Below are positions 7,973-19,849 of a stretch of 62,361 nucleotides of DNA, in pieces. The translations under genes and the position numbers were made by a program. How positions within the stretch are numbered: the first letter of the stretch is position 1; every line of letters begins with the position of its first letter. Source of the stretch: Histomonas meleagridis 2922-C6/04-290x (taxonomy: Eukaryota; Protista; Parabasalia); assembly GCA_020184695.1 (NCBI GenBank), contig JAANOX010000181.1:1-62361 (forward strand), in the 5' to 3' direction. The notes under the pieces are model-generated. The model searched no databases. It saw only the letters and a list, made by a program, of their open reading frames with translations, and had not been told where the DNA came from.

Positions 7973-8902
7973 ATGAAGAGCGAAGAAATCGAATTCGACC
8001 AAATCTTTTCCACAATCGAAGAAGGTAATCACCTCTCTGAGCTAACTGTTGTAAAGCTCATGAAAGTGCTCCAAGAGATTCTTTATCAAGAACCTAATTG
8101 CTTAGAACTTCAAACACCGATCACTATTTGCGGCGATATACATGGGCAACTTTTTGATTTACTTCAGCTATTCGAAACAGCAGGTCGAGCTACTGATGAC
8201 AATAATAAGAAATTTCTCTTTCTCGGAGATTATGTTGATCGTGGCTATTTTTCACTTGAAACCTTTGTTTATCTTGCCACACTTAAGATCAAATATCCAA
8301 ATCGAATTTTTCTTCTTCGAGGAAATCATGAATCACGCCAACTCAACACTAGCTATGGTTTCTACAATGATTGCCTTCAAATATATGGACACATTGGTGT
8401 CTGGTCACTCTGCAATGAGATTTTTGATCTTTTACCGATATCTGCCATTATTGATAAACGCGTTTTTTGCGTTCATGGTGGTCTCAGCAGAGAACTCCCA
8501 CTCATCGAGCATATAGATCTTCTCCAGCGTCGTATGGAGCTACCATTTGAGGGACCTCTTTCTGATTTATGTTGGTCAGATCCCGATAACGTACGTGACT
8601 GGACGAAAAGTCAACGCGGTGCCGGGTATATCTTCGGCTATGCTCAAGTTGAGCAATTCCTTCGCGTTAACAGACTCCAATTAATTGTGCGATCGCATCA
8701 GCTCGCACAAGAAGGATATAAATACTTCTTTGACCAGAAATTAATCACAGTTTGGTCAGCGCCGAACTATATGTACAGGTCTGGTAACAAGGCATGCGTA
8801 ATGGAACTCGATGCGAACCTTTCGCCAAACTTAAAACAGTTCTCTACACACCCAAAAAGTGATACGAAGCCAAATGATGTTGTTTCGCCTTATTTCGCAT
8901 AG
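7973..8902 (+). CDS. Ser/Thr protein phosphatase catalytic subunit (PP2A/PP4/PP6 family)
   Basis: GDIHGQ, GDYVDRG, LRGNHE, VHGGLS, WSDP, RSHQL, WSAPNY motifs. Confidence 0.95.
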   Translation: MKSEEIEFDQIFSTIEEGNHLSELTVVKLMKVLQEILYQEPNCLELQTPITICGDIHGQLFDLLQLFETAGRATDDNNKKFLFLGDYVDRGYFSLETFVYLATLKIKYPNRIFLLRGNHESRQLNTSYGFYNDCLQIYGHIGVWSLCNEIFDLLPISAIIDKRVFCVHGGLSRELPLIEHIDLLQRRMELPFEGPLSDLCWSDPDNVRDWTKSQRGAGYIFGYAQVEQFLRVNRLQLIVRSHQLAQEGYKYFFDQKLITVWSAPNYMYRSGNKACVMELDANLSPNLKQFSTHPKSDTKPNDVVSPYFA

Positions 8903-9398
8903 ATTTGATCGATGTATAAACACAATGTTTGAGGGAATGATTTGTTTGATATTTATGTATGAAACGTTGACTCAAAAGAAATTAATTCCTTGAGTGACAC
9001 TTAAGCATTGCAATTTTATTATTCGACTGTCACTTTAATAATTAATAAATTAACGATTTGTTTCATATGACAAAGAATCAATATTAAAACTCATGAAGCC
9101 CAATAAATTTAAACACTTTTCAAGTACAAATTTAACTAATAGAGATGTTTAAAAATTTAATTAGAATAAAAAAATAAATTTATTTTCAGATTATTTAGCT
9201 ACAAAACAAATTAAGCATGGGCTACTTGGTAATTATAAATAAGTAATATTTAATTTTTAAAATTTTATATCTAATTGATTCAAATAATTTCCATTTTCAA
9301 AATTAAACTCTATTTGGTTAACAAAAAATAAAAGGCTTGGAATAAGAATTAATTGAATTTAAGTAATTTTTATGATATTGATCAATCTTCTGTAATAC

Positions 9399-9878
9399 TT
9401 ATTCGCATGTTGCGGTTTTTGTGCTTAAGATGATTGAAACAATGAATCCATAAAGACCCAAAACTTCACCGAAAATGAGAATAAGCATTGCTCCCATGAT
9501 CAAACGTGGTTGTTCAGCCATAGCACGAGCGGCAGCGTCACCGGCAACACCAATACACATACCTGAAGCAAGACCTGTTAAAGCGACGGAGAGACCACCT
9601 GCAAGATTTGCATATCCTCTGAAAAGTGGATATGGTGGTCTAACGCTTGGTGCAATAATAACTGCTGTAACTAACCCATAAATACCAACGATACCAGCCA
9701 TAATGATTGGCATTAAACCACGGTAAATGAATTCAGGATGCATGGAGCAAACAGCAAAAACACCAATAGCAGATTTGGCTGTGCCATAACCAGAGCCAAT
9801 AGCTGTGAAAGCGAGTGCGATGGCAACGCCCAAAAATGAGAAAAATGTAGCGACAACAGGGCAGTCTTCGTTTGACAT
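9399..9878 (-). CDS. ATP6V0C: V-ATPase V0 proteolipid subunit c (16 kDa)
   Basis: GSGYGTAKS, IMAGIVGIYGL, LILIFGEVLGLYG with the catalytic Glu; four TM helices. Confidence 0.95.
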   Translation of the reverse strand: MSNEDCPVVATFFSFLGVAIALAFTAIGSGYGTAKSAIGVFAVCSMHPEFIYRGLMPIIMAGIVGIYGLVTAVIIAPSVRPPYPLFRGYANLAGGLSVALTGLASGMCIGVAGDAAARAMAEQPRLIMGAMLILIFGEVLGLYGFIVSIILSTKTATCE

Positions 9879-10447
9879 CGTGGATAGTAAACTAAAAGTG
9901 ACAAAACTACTTTTTTGAATTGCACTTTTTATGATACAACAAAATTTATCATCCTTTGGTTTCTTTTTTGTAATAGTTTTGGTTTCTTGTATACCAAATA
10001 ATTATGGACTAATTTAAAGAAATATGCTAAAAACTTGTTGGGAAACCTTTTTTTCATCAACATATTAATTATAATTGATTTTTGATTGTTTTAATTAACA
10101 AATAATAGCTCTTGCCTTATGTGCCACCAAAAAGCATTTAATATTTGAGCATTGGTACGTCGAAAAAAATTTATTAATAAAAAATTGAAAATTAAATTTA
10201 TTTTAAATTCTAATATTAATAGAAAGCAAATCTAATGGTTTAAAGTTAAAATAACATATTTTAATCTCTTTGTCATGTTTTGAATAAATCTAATTTTAAT
10301 ACTTAAATCTTTCCATAATACGATTTATAAATCAAAATTAATTTTAAATTTAATTAACTTATCATTTAACTAATATTTAACTAAACATTTTCATGAAATA
10401 TTTTGGAAACACAAATTTCTGCCGTTTAAATTAATAAACGTACATTG

Positions 10448-12013
10448 ATGAGGAGGGCGAGGGAAAGTGTTGGTGTTCCAAGGACCCACATACCAACTCG
10501 AAGTACTACAGCTGCATCTCGCCGCCAATCTACATCAGGGCGTGACCGAGAACGTCCAATAGCACAATCAAGAACACAAAAACCAGAACCTCCATCAGGA
10601 CAAGGGGATCCCTTTAGATGCATAAATAATTTTTTTAAAGAAAGGGAAGGTGAGCCAGCCTTTCCAAACCGAGTTCAGTCATTAACTCAAAAAAAGTATC
10701 AATCAGTTGCATGCAAACTTCTCCACATTATCGACAAAGATTTCAATGACTTTGGAGTTACTTCCAAACTCGAACATGATTTTCGTGATCTAATGAGTGT
10801 ATTTGGATATCCTTATCAAATTCGGCCAACTGATCTTCAATCTACAATTGGTGCTCTTAATCGTTTAGGCCCCACACTTTATCCTCTTAATTGGCTTTGT
10901 CGTCTTATCAAAAGCGATGAAACTCTTAAACCTCAACAACAAGCATATTTAACGAATAATCCAAGTTTCCGCAATCGACTGATATTTTTCAACTGCATTA
11001 AGCGTACCTATGAAATTTGGCTTCAAGGTGATGATAGATCCATTTCCCGTTTCGAGAAAGATTTATCAACATTTTATCTTGACTTGAACGATATCCAACA
11101 AACACATGAAAAGCTTCAATCTGACCTTAAGGCTCTTCAAAAGGAACTAGATTCTTTACAAAGAAATGAAGATCCTCGACAATCATATGCTGAAGCAAAT
11201 CGTCAAATTGAGCGCGTTATCGAACAACGGCAACAAGAATTCGAAAACCTTCATAAGACGAATTCACAAAAAGCTGAAGAACTTGATGAATTAAAGCGAT
11301 TAGAAGAAGAAGAAAAGGAAAAACTTAAAATTGCCGAAGAAGAAATGTTACAATTAGAGCGACAAATGGAAACAATGAACGTAAGACCAGATCAATTAAT
11401 GGAGATGATTGATACGATTAACAAATATGACTTAGAGAAAGAGCAACAGAATAACATCAAAGAAGAACTTGAAAAAGAGATTAAAGAAATTAATGAAAAT
11501 TGTAAGAACGAATTTGATGCGATTTTTTCATTAGCAAATGATATCAATGGAATAATTACACAATTAGGGTCAAGTCAAATGTTAAAAGTTAATACGAATG
11601 GAACAAATCAAAAAGAAATTTTAGGTGTTGATCTCGAAAATCTTTTAAATGAAATATCAAATAATCGAATGAAATCATTACAAATAGAAGTCGAACAAGC
11701 ACAGATCGAAGCAGAAAGAAATAGCATCGCATTGGAATTGGAAGAACTTGAAAAGGAAAAAGTTAATCTAGAAAAAGAAATTAAAGCAATGGCATCAACA
11801 AAGAAAAAGGATATCAACGTGCTAAGGAACGAAGCGGATAATTTACAAAATGAAGTTAAACAGAAAAAGGTAAAAATTAATGAAGAAGAAAAAGATGCAA
11901 AAATGCAACTTCAGTTTGCAAAGGAATCATTCGAAAACTTAAATCAATATATAGAAGAAAAATTACAAAATTTAATCGGTGAACTAAAAGCAGTGAAAGG
12001 AATAATGAATTAA
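10448..12013 (+). CDS. NDC80: Kinetochore protein Ndc80/HEC1
   Basis: Basic N-terminal tail, CH-domain motif VFGYPYQI...IGA...LNWL, long C-terminal coiled coil. Confidence 0.7.
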   Translation: MRRARESVGVPRTHIPTRSTTAASRRQSTSGRDRERPIAQSRTQKPEPPSGQGDPFRCINNFFKEREGEPAFPNRVQSLTQKKYQSVACKLLHIIDKDFNDFGVTSKLEHDFRDLMSVFGYPYQIRPTDLQSTIGALNRLGPTLYPLNWLCRLIKSDETLKPQQQAYLTNNPSFRNRLIFFNCIKRTYEIWLQGDDRSISRFEKDLSTFYLDLNDIQQTHEKLQSDLKALQKELDSLQRNEDPRQSYAEANRQIERVIEQRQQEFENLHKTNSQKAEELDELKRLEEEEKEKLKIAEEEMLQLERQMETMNVRPDQLMEMIDTINKYDLEKEQQNNIKEELEKEIKEINENCKNEFDAIFSLANDINGIITQLGSSQMLKVNTNGTNQKEILGVDLENLLNEISNNRMKSLQIEVEQAQIEAERNSIALELEELEKEKVNLEKEIKAMASTKKKDINVLRNEADNLQNEVKQKKVKINEEEKDAKMQLQFAKESFENLNQYIEEKLQNLIGELKAVKGIMN

Positions 12014-12315
12014 TTGTATGAAAAATATTTGTTGTAACTTTAAATATGTTTCATTAATAATTTTTTTTTAGATATAATTCTTTATTAATTATATGCGATA
12101 AAATTCTTTAGAGTTATTCAATCTCTATCAAAAATTATACAAATATTTTGGTGAGTTATTTAGAAAAAAGCACATTATTATAGAAGATTAATTGATTCAT
12201 TTGATTTTTATCAATAGAAATTGAATAGTTTATGCATACAAATTAATTGATCCACCTCTCTTAAAATCAAGTACTTTATATTTACGATACGTTGCCTTGT
12301 TCGATCCAGAACCAA

Positions 12316-15300
12316 ATGCAAACCCTTGAACAACTATATGGCCTTCTCCAAAACCCAATTTGTCACAGTGTTACAGAAATTACAAATGCAATTCTTTCAA
12401 TATATTTAAATAGCGAGTCTATTTTAGAAATATTAAGAATATTATCTTCAAATTCTTCACCTTTTATTAAACAGCAAGCGGCAATAGGGCTTTCTCAAGT
12501 TATTTCAAGGCATTGGCAAAATATAATGGGATCACAACAAGCTGCAGAAGAGATTAAGGCAGCAATTTTAAATCTTCTTCATGAAGAAGCAGACCCTCTT
12601 GTACAAAACTCAATTATTTATGCAATTGAAAAGCTGCTACAAAAAACATGTGAATTATTTGGAGAAGACTCTCCACATACCATTGCTGAATTATGGCCAC
12701 AACTATTTGACTTTCTACAAGTACTATTTTCACAAGAAAACCAAAGAAGCCATCAAGTAGGGCTTGAACTTTTATCTGTAATGGTTCCTATGTTAGGAGA
12801 ACAAGCATTCAATTCAAATCTCCCACAATTTATAAATCAAATTATGATTTCTTTAACATCCCCTGATGAAGATTACCTTCTTTCTGGTCTAGGTCTATTT
12901 GTTTCTTTAAATTTGTGGATTGATGATAATAATTTGCAATTAATTCAACCTAATTATTCATCAATTGTTGAAAAGTATTTTGTTATTTTCCATCAGTCGT
13001 TACTTTCTGGTCGTAATTGTACCTATAAAATTGCAAATCATCTTTCATCGTTTATAAGTTCATATCAAAATTCGGCCATTCCAATTTCACAACTTTTGTT
13101 GTATCTCATAAACATGTTAAATGATCCTAATATCCAACCAACTCTTCATTATTTCATTTATCTTCCATTAATAGAAATCATCCAAAACTTCACCGATGAT
13201 GTAAAACCACATATTGAGCTTCTTATTGAAACCATTTTTAAGTCATTGGCCATTGGCTTTACTGATGAATGTTATCAAGAGAACTCCAGCGCATGTTTCA
13301 TATCCACTTCAATCGAATACCTTTGCTATCGTTTTAACGGCGAAAAACTGTTTCCTATCGTTTCCCGTTTTTTGTCAGACGATAGCCCCAATTCAACATT
13401 TGCAAGTATATTAATATTAGACAAATTCATATATAATGCACCAAACACAACAATTTCCCAATCATCCACTTTTGCAAAATTTTTTATTAATCATTTAACA
13501 CCAAATAATCATCATTCAATACGAGAAGTTTCATTAATATCATTACAAAAATTTATTAGTTTTATGTCAATTGGATTAAATGATTTCTTTCAGCCTATAA
13601 TTGAAGGATGTATTTGTGCTATAGATTCTAATGATGTTGAATTAATTTATCAAGGAATTAAAACATTAAATTTCGCTATACAATATATCGAATATGACGA
13701 TAAATTTAATGGACCAATATTCGAAAAACTTTTTTCGATGTTACAAGTTAACTCACCATATGTAAACGAAATATTTGAAGCCATTTCTATGTTAGTTGAA
13801 GTAGCTGAAGATGATATCTCAATATATGTTCCACAATTAATGCCATATTTACTTCAATCGATACAAATTGATGATAATATGAATCCTATATTAAAAGGAA
13901 TATCATTTGAAATCATATCAAAAATTATCAAAATATTACCTAATGAAACACAACAAATATCCGAACAATATATTGCATTACTTATACAAAACACAAGTTC
14001 AAAAGATACATTTATAGTATCACATTTATTAAAATCATTTACAAATCTTGTTAATATTAAACATCCATTAATTCAAAACATATTAATAAAAATTGCGGAA
14101 TATGCAGTTAATGAACTTGATTGTAGTCATATACTATCGGATATACAAAACAATGAAAACTTCCAAAATGAAGATAATGTAAATGATGAATCACAACAAT
14201 CAATACTTTTAGATACAATAATTAATTCGACTAAATTAATTCGTTCAATAATTAATAATTTTCCAATTGTATTTCAATCGAACATTGAACAAATAATAAT
14301 TAAAATGAAATCATTTTCATATATTCCATTGATAAATATAATAAAACAATCATTGAAAACTTTGGCAGCAATATTTATAACATATCAAATAGATCCTAAT
14401 CCACATATGGAAGAAATTAAATCCATTTTCGAATTACATGAAGCCTCATTAAGCGAACAAGCATTTATATTTTATACGAAAATGATTTATAAATATTCGA
14501 ATACGTTATCACAAGACATATATAAAATTGCTTTTAGTTATTCAATTGCTGCAATTAATAATGAATTGCCTTGTTTACAAGAGGATGAATTTGGTGGTGA
14601 TGAAGATAATAGTGCAAAAGTTTCATTGATGATGCACGTGTTTGATTGTTTAACTGGAATCGCTTTAAATGTTCCTCAATATTTCGATAAGGGTAAATTT
14701 ATACAATTATTACAAAAATTATTAAAAGAAAATAGAATTCAAGAAATTTTACTCGGAGTTTCTATTCTTGGAAAATTATTTAAAGTTGCTGCAAATGAAA
14801 TTTCTGGTTTAATACTGAAGTTTATGATAAAAATTATTTTGGAAACATTAAAATATTGTGACGGAACAAACCAACCTTTCCCAATAATAGCTTTAAGGGA
14901 TATATTAGAAACTAATCCAAACGTTTTAGCAAATTATATTAATGGAATTTTCCAAAAAATTGATGAAATCCTTCAGTTAGAAAATGTGGGGCAGCCCTAT
15001 TACCACCAAACGGTCGCAGCGGTGGTTTCACTTTTGTTTTCGTTCTTGAAAATTCAAAAGGAGCAGTTCCCTCTTCAGAAATATTTGAATGTAATGGTAT
15101 CGGTTCTCCCAGAAAAAATCGAGGCAGAAAACATTTATTCATCAATTATTATCGTGTATGAACAATTTCCGCAAGCACTCTCACAAGTAATACCACAGAT
15201 AATTGTTGGGTTTGCAAAAACATTAGCATTGAAAGATTCAAAATTGAAAAGTTATGGATTTTCGGATGCTTTATTAATAAAAATCGTTGGAACACTCAGA

Positions 15301-15399
15301 TCGATATTAAGTGCATTCCCTGATGGTATGGCACTGATTCAACAGTCAATCACCGACCAAAAATCTCTTTTAAGGTTGAATCAGCGTGTTTTTCAATAA
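12316..15399 (+). CDS. Importin-beta family HEAT-repeat protein (importin-4/5-like)
   Basis: IBN_N-like N-terminus (IKQQAAIGL...HW...IKAAILNLLHEE), about 1030 aa all-helical with acidic loops. Confidence 0.75.
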   Translation: MQTLEQLYGLLQNPICHSVTEITNAILSIYLNSESILEILRILSSNSSPFIKQQAAIGLSQVISRHWQNIMGSQQAAEEIKAAILNLLHEEADPLVQNSIIYAIEKLLQKTCELFGEDSPHTIAELWPQLFDFLQVLFSQENQRSHQVGLELLSVMVPMLGEQAFNSNLPQFINQIMISLTSPDEDYLLSGLGLFVSLNLWIDDNNLQLIQPNYSSIVEKYFVIFHQSLLSGRNCTYKIANHLSSFISSYQNSAIPISQLLLYLINMLNDPNIQPTLHYFIYLPLIEIIQNFTDDVKPHIELLIETIFKSLAIGFTDECYQENSSACFISTSIEYLCYRFNGEKLFPIVSRFLSDDSPNSTFASILILDKFIYNAPNTTISQSSTFAKFFINHLTPNNHHSIREVSLISLQKFISFMSIGLNDFFQPIIEGCICAIDSNDVELIYQGIKTLNFAIQYIEYDDKFNGPIFEKLFSMLQVNSPYVNEIFEAISMLVEVAEDDISIYVPQLMPYLLQSIQIDDNMNPILKGISFEIISKIIKILPNETQQISEQYIALLIQNTSSKDTFIVSHLLKSFTNLVNIKHPLIQNILIKIAEYAVNELDCSHILSDIQNNENFQNEDNVNDESQQSILLDTIINSTKLIRSIINNFPIVFQSNIEQIIIKMKSFSYIPLINIIKQSLKTLAAIFITYQIDPNPHMEEIKSIFELHEASLSEQAFIFYTKMIYKYSNTLSQDIYKIAFSYSIAAINNELPCLQEDEFGGDEDNSAKVSLMMHVFDCLTGIALNVPQYFDKGKFIQLLQKLLKENRIQEILLGVSILGKLFKVAANEISGLILKFMIKIILETLKYCDGTNQPFPIIALRDILETNPNVLANYINGIFQKIDEILQLENVGQPYYHQTVAAVVSLLFSFLKIQKEQFPLQKYLNVMVSVLPEKIEAENIYSSIIIVYEQFPQALSQVIPQIIVGFAKTLALKDSKLKSYGFSDALLIKIVGTLRSILSAFPDGMALIQQSITDQKSLLRLNQRVFQ

Positions 15400-15776
15400 A
15401 TATTAAATGTTATCAATTTTCAGAAGACCGTTTATCCTGTATTCAAATTTGGTGTAAAAAATGCTTTTTGAATGTGTCGTAAAAATGCCACGTTTTTGAA
15501 CAAACGATGATTTAGTTTACAATTTTGACGCTGTTTGCCAAATTTACATGCAGAAACTATTGAATTACCGGAGTTTTGACAGTCGGCTGTTTTGTAAACT
15601 TCATAATTATCAAGTTGTAAAAAATATATTTATATGAAATTTTTTGTCAAATATGACGGTTATTTGAGCGTAAAATTCTGTGACGTCACTTTTGGCCAAA
15701 TAAAATTGATTCTAAAAACAACAAAATTTTGAAAACAGATAATTTCGACTAGGTAAAAAATTTACTAAAATGGAAA

Positions 15777-17003
15777 TTAGAACCGGTAGTGACGTATAGG
15801 TTTAGGGGTGAATGTTCGAGGAATATGTGCACCCGCCTGTAATAAATTTTCAGGCATTGGTCCTTGAAGCGAGTTGAATCCTTTTGGAATAGGCTGAGGG
15901 ATCCTTTTTCTGGCCATTCTTGGGTTGTATGAATGACCCATGAAGCTATCTGATGATCGGACCAACTTCAATGCACTTGCCTTTAACTCTGCTGCTATTT
16001 GTGAAAACTTGAAGTTATTGTCACATTTAACAAAATCAATAAAATTGATTTCACGATTTTTCTCAAAGTCTGTTGGGATAAGAGTAGTTGTTCTAATGTT
16101 GAAGTCTGTGATAAAGTTATCTGCATCTTTGATAAATGGATGAGATAATATCTGGTCAAGATTAAGCCTCTTATGAGGATCTATCTCTAAAATTCCGCGT
16201 ATAAGATCTTCTGGAACCGGGAATGAAGCTTTTGGTATAACGAGTTCATTTTCTTTTATGTTTTTAACTATATTGTATAGGTTTTCTCCAGTATAAGGAA
16301 GTTGATCGAAGAGCATCTGATAAAGAGTAATACCTAGAGCCCAAACATCTTCCTTTATTTGAGGGCATTGGCCATCAATGGGCGGTAATTCATCGTCATC
16401 ATCTAAGGCTTCTGGAGCTTGGAATGCAGGTGAACCAACAACCATCGATGCACTATTAATACTGTGACTAATTCCGAAGTCTCCTAAGATTGCTTTTCCA
16501 GTGGAATCTACTAATATATTAGCAGGTTTAACATCTTGATGAACAAATCCTTTAGAGTGCATGTATGAGAGAGCTATTGCAACCTGCTTGATGATTGATC
16601 GGATCGAATCATAAGTTAATTTTCCTTTTTGAAGCAAATTTAAAACAGAACCTTTGTCAGCATACCCAAGAACTAAATAAGCATACTCATGGTCACCTGA
16701 AAGGAACACATCGTAAAGCTTAAGGATGTTATCGTGGTTTAAAAACTTCATAAGTCTTATTTCTCTGTCAAGTTGATTTGCACCATCAGGCATTTTTAGC
16801 ATTGTTCTTAGCTTGATTTTCTTGACAGCATAAGTCTTATGCGTTTCTTTGTCTATTGAAAGAAATACTTTTGAAAATGTTCCTTGACCAATTTTACGTA
16901 TTAAGAGGTACTTATCAATCTGATCTATTGGTCTCTGTTGAACTACAGTTGGTTCTGGTGTTGAAATATGCTTGATGAAGCCTAGTTCGTGGGTGTCTAA
17001 CAT
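15777..17003 (-). CDS. Ser/Thr protein kinase (CAMK/LKB1-like)
   Basis: IGQGTFSKV, AVKK, HQDVKPAN, DFG, GSPAFQAPE, DVWALG; likely start MLDTH. Confidence 0.92.
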   Translation of the reverse strand: MLDTHELGFIKHISTPEPTVVQQRPIDQIDKYLLIRKIGQGTFSKVFLSIDKETHKTYAVKKIKLRTMLKMPDGANQLDREIRLMKFLNHDNILKLYDVFLSGDHEYAYLVLGYADKGSVLNLLQKGKLTYDSIRSIIKQVAIALSYMHSKGFVHQDVKPANILVDSTGKAILGDFGISHSINSASMVVGSPAFQAPEALDDDDELPPIDGQCPQIKEDVWALGITLYQMLFDQLPYTGENLYNIVKNIKENELVIPKASFPVPEDLIRGILEIDPHKRLNLDQILSHPFIKDADNFITDFNIRTTTLIPTDFEKNREINFIDFVKCDNNFKFSQIAAELKASALKLVRSSDSFMGHSYNPRMARKRIPQPIPKGFNSLQGPMPENLLQAGAHIPRTFTPKPIRHYRF

Positions 17004-17458
17004 TTGGCTGTCTAAAATGATCTCAATTTTGGTTAGAGAAAATCTGTAGAAATCAAATGCAAATATTTTCATATATCTTCAAGATTTCATTATAAAATTT
17101 TAAATATAAATTGTTCCGATGATATTAAATATATATAACAATAAAATTAGAACGAATAAATTAGATTATAAAAAATATTCCCTTTTTGGTTTATGGGAAC
17201 GTCCAGAAGACGCTGAGAATATTCAATGCTCTCAATTTTGAATAAACTTCATTCAAAATTTGTAATTTTTTCAATAATGGCAAAAACACTACGTTCCCAA
17301 AAATCACATTACGGTTATTGTCAAAGTCTAAAACGGTTAAACTGTGTACGACCACATTAAAAAAAATTTTTTTGTCAATCGGTTGTAAACACGACCGATG
17401 AAAAAAAATCATTTCACATGTCGTCGATAAAAAATAAGATTTAACGTTCGCATAGCCG

Positions 17459-18100
17459 ATGCAGGAAACCCTTATAAAAACAGTTTCAGGGAAGACTTTT
17501 AGTATAAAGTGTAGTCCTGAAGAGCCTATCCACAGCCTAATCGAAAAGGTTCGTAACTTACTTCAAAGTAAAGGCGAAATTCAATTAATATATCAACAAA
17601 AAATTTTAGATGAAAACTTAACAATAAAAGATATAGGCTATGAACCTCCAAATTTCTTTGTGGTTTGTCCTAAATCGAAACCAAGTCCACGTCCTAAAGA
17701 AATCACAATATCAAATAGAATTCAATCAATTGAAATACCTCAACCACAAAGCCTTAAGCCCCCGATTCATGTTGCTATTCTAACACAATCATCGAGTGAT
17801 AGTAGCTTTGATGAAGAAGATTATGATGATACTCAAACATCTTCTTCTTTTGTATCACAAGTTGACAGCTTTCAAAATGATTTTGAATCAAATCAATCAG
17901 ATTTATACGAAGAAGATGAGGAAGAAGAATTTGAATCATCATTAAACTGCTATGACAATTTCACTGATGAACAAAAGCAAGATATTAAAGAAATACAAAA
18001 TGAAACCGGACTTGATTTCAAGAAAGCTGTTTTGATATATGTGTCGTGTCAATGCTCAAAAGAAAATGCCATTCTTAGTTTGCGAGAGATGAGCAAATGA
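17459..18100 (+). CDS. Ubiquitin-like domain protein with acidic linker and UBA-like C-terminus (Rad23-like)
   Basis: IKTVSGKTF...QLIYQQKILDENLTI (UBL fold); C-terminal helical domain. Confidence 0.75.
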   Translation: MQETLIKTVSGKTFSIKCSPEEPIHSLIEKVRNLLQSKGEIQLIYQQKILDENLTIKDIGYEPPNFFVVCPKSKPSPRPKEITISNRIQSIEIPQPQSLKPPIHVAILTQSSSDSSFDEEDYDDTQTSSSFVSQVDSFQNDFESNQSDLYEEDEEEEFESSLNCYDNFTDEQKQDIKEIQNETGLDFKKAVLIYVSCQCSKENAILSLREMSK

Positions 18101-18298
18101 TGGAACAAATATTTTCTTTTTGTTTGTATTGAATTAAAAGTAAAAATAAAAAAAAATTAAAGTAAGGGAATATTTTTCAGATCCTTTTAAGAATGTTTAT
18201 TATATTGTACTTTTTCATTGAAGCTTTATTTTAGTCTAAAATAGATTATACATTAAAAAATTGATCACGTGTGATGCATATGCATTAAAAATATTTAT

Positions 18299-18877
18299 TT
18301 AGAAGACAGTACAAACTTCTTTTTTTGTGCTTTTTTGTTCTTTTGGTGGTGTTTGGTTAACTGTTGGATGATTTCTTTGATAAATCTTTTCGACAAGTCC
18401 GTAAAATAGTTCGTGAACATTTATGTTGTTCTTAGCTGATATTTCCATGTAAAAAGCGCCTATTTGTTTGGCAAGTTCTTCTCCTTCTTCTTGGCTAACT
18501 ACACGTTCTTCAACGAGATCACATTTGGAAGCACAAAGGTAAACCAAAGGGTTTCTGTAACAACGGGTAATGTCTTGATAGCATTCGTTGACATATTCAA
18601 ACGAATCACGTTCAACCATCGAGTAAAGAATAATAAAACCTTTTCTTGGTGCATCTGGTCTTGGAACTCTCATTGGTGCAAAATCATCTACAAAATTTAC
18701 TGTGATATTGGTTGTAATACAAATTCCTTGATAGTTAATTATGGACTTACATTCAAAAAACAGATCAGTGCCATAATCAAGTCCGCCAATCTTAGAAATA
18801 AGCATAGATTTCCCAGTGTTGTATCGTCCATAAAGATCTATATAATATTCTTCTGAACTGGGTTTTTCTTGGTTCAT
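18299..18877 (-). CDS. Divergent Ras-superfamily small GTPase with CaaX (CTVF)
   Basis: GRYNTGKS P-loop, GFIILYS, SKCDL, EISAK, C-terminal CTVF. Confidence 0.85.
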   Translation of the reverse strand: MNQEKPSSEEYYIDLYGRYNTGKSMLISKIGGLDYGTDLFFECKSIINYQGICITTNITVNFVDDFAPMRVPRPDAPRKGFIILYSMVERDSFEYVNECYQDITRCYRNPLVYLCASKCDLVEERVVSQEEGEELAKQIGAFYMEISAKNNINVHELFYGLVEKIYQRNHPTVNQTPPKEQKSTKKEVCTVF

Positions 18878-19186
18878 ATCAAAACCGTTGTTGATAGCGG
18901 TCAACCTGGAATGATCATTCCATTTTACGAAGCGAAAAAAGTATGAATATGAAAAAGGATTTGTGGAAGTTTATCCTTGGCTAAGAGTTCTTGTTTCTAT
19001 TTTAGCTATGGAAATTGCACAGAGATCATATGAAGACGCATAAGTTAAATTGATCAAAAAAGTAATATCTTTCACTTTAAAATGAGTTGCTTTTATGTTT
19101 TTCTGTGTATTCTTTGGTTATATTGATGGAAAAAAGAGGATTTTGGATTTGGCGGGGAATTAAAATTTTTGGCGGGATCAACGTTG

Positions 19187-19849
19187 ATGGAAGGTAATGC
19201 GCCTGAAGTCAGCCTGAAAAGTTTATCAAAAGTGGTAGCAGACAAAATAAAAGTAGCCCGAATTTCAACGCCAAGAGAAATTGCAAACTCAATTGTTACG
19301 AATTATTCATCAAGATCAGAAAATAAAACATTTGTAAAATCTCTCAACAGAAGGATCTACGATGTTATAAATGTTTTGAGTGCACTTGGTTTTGTTGAAA
19401 AAGATGATAAATCAATAAAATGGATTGATAATCCATCGTTAATAAAAAAAGATCAAGAAATAGACCCTGCTATTACAAAGGCAGAAAACAGAATAATGGA
19501 AAAAGAAGAAAATCTTAGAAATAAAGTAAGGCAATTATTGTTATACAAGTGTTTGATTGAATTAAACAAAAATACTTCATATGAAGGCCCTCGGGTGTCA
19601 CTACCAATGACAATCGTTTGTTTTCAAAACCTTGATTTTTCAATTAATGTTCAAGATAAACATCTAATTGATATTACATCAACTACAGAACCTACATTTA
19701 TTACACAGCTAGATATACTATCGCTGATGAAGTTCCCTGTAAAGTTGATTAGACATGTAATTTCATGTTCACCAGAAATAGTATCATGTCAAAAATATCT
19801 TCCTTTTTCTGATGAAGGAGAAGATCCAGATACGTTGGTTTCGTTCTAG
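19187..19849 (+). CDS. E2F/DP family winged-helix transcription factor
   Basis: RRIYDVINVLSALGFVEK...IKW signature. Confidence 0.85.
   Translation: MEGNAPEVSLKSLSKVVADKIKVARISTPREIANSIVTNYSSRSENKTFVKSLNRRIYDVINVLSALGFVEKDDKSIKWIDNPSLIKKDQEIDPAITKAENRIMEKEENLRNKVRQLLLYKCLIELNKNTSYEGPRVSLPMTIVCFQNLDFSINVQDKHLIDITSTTEPTFITQLDILSLMKFPVKLIRHVISCSPEIVSCQKYLPFSDEGEDPDTLVSF

Noticed and set aside
16540-16550. HQD instead of HRD as a pseudokinase sign
   Set aside because: The catalytic Asp, VAIK-type Lys, DFG and APE are all retained.
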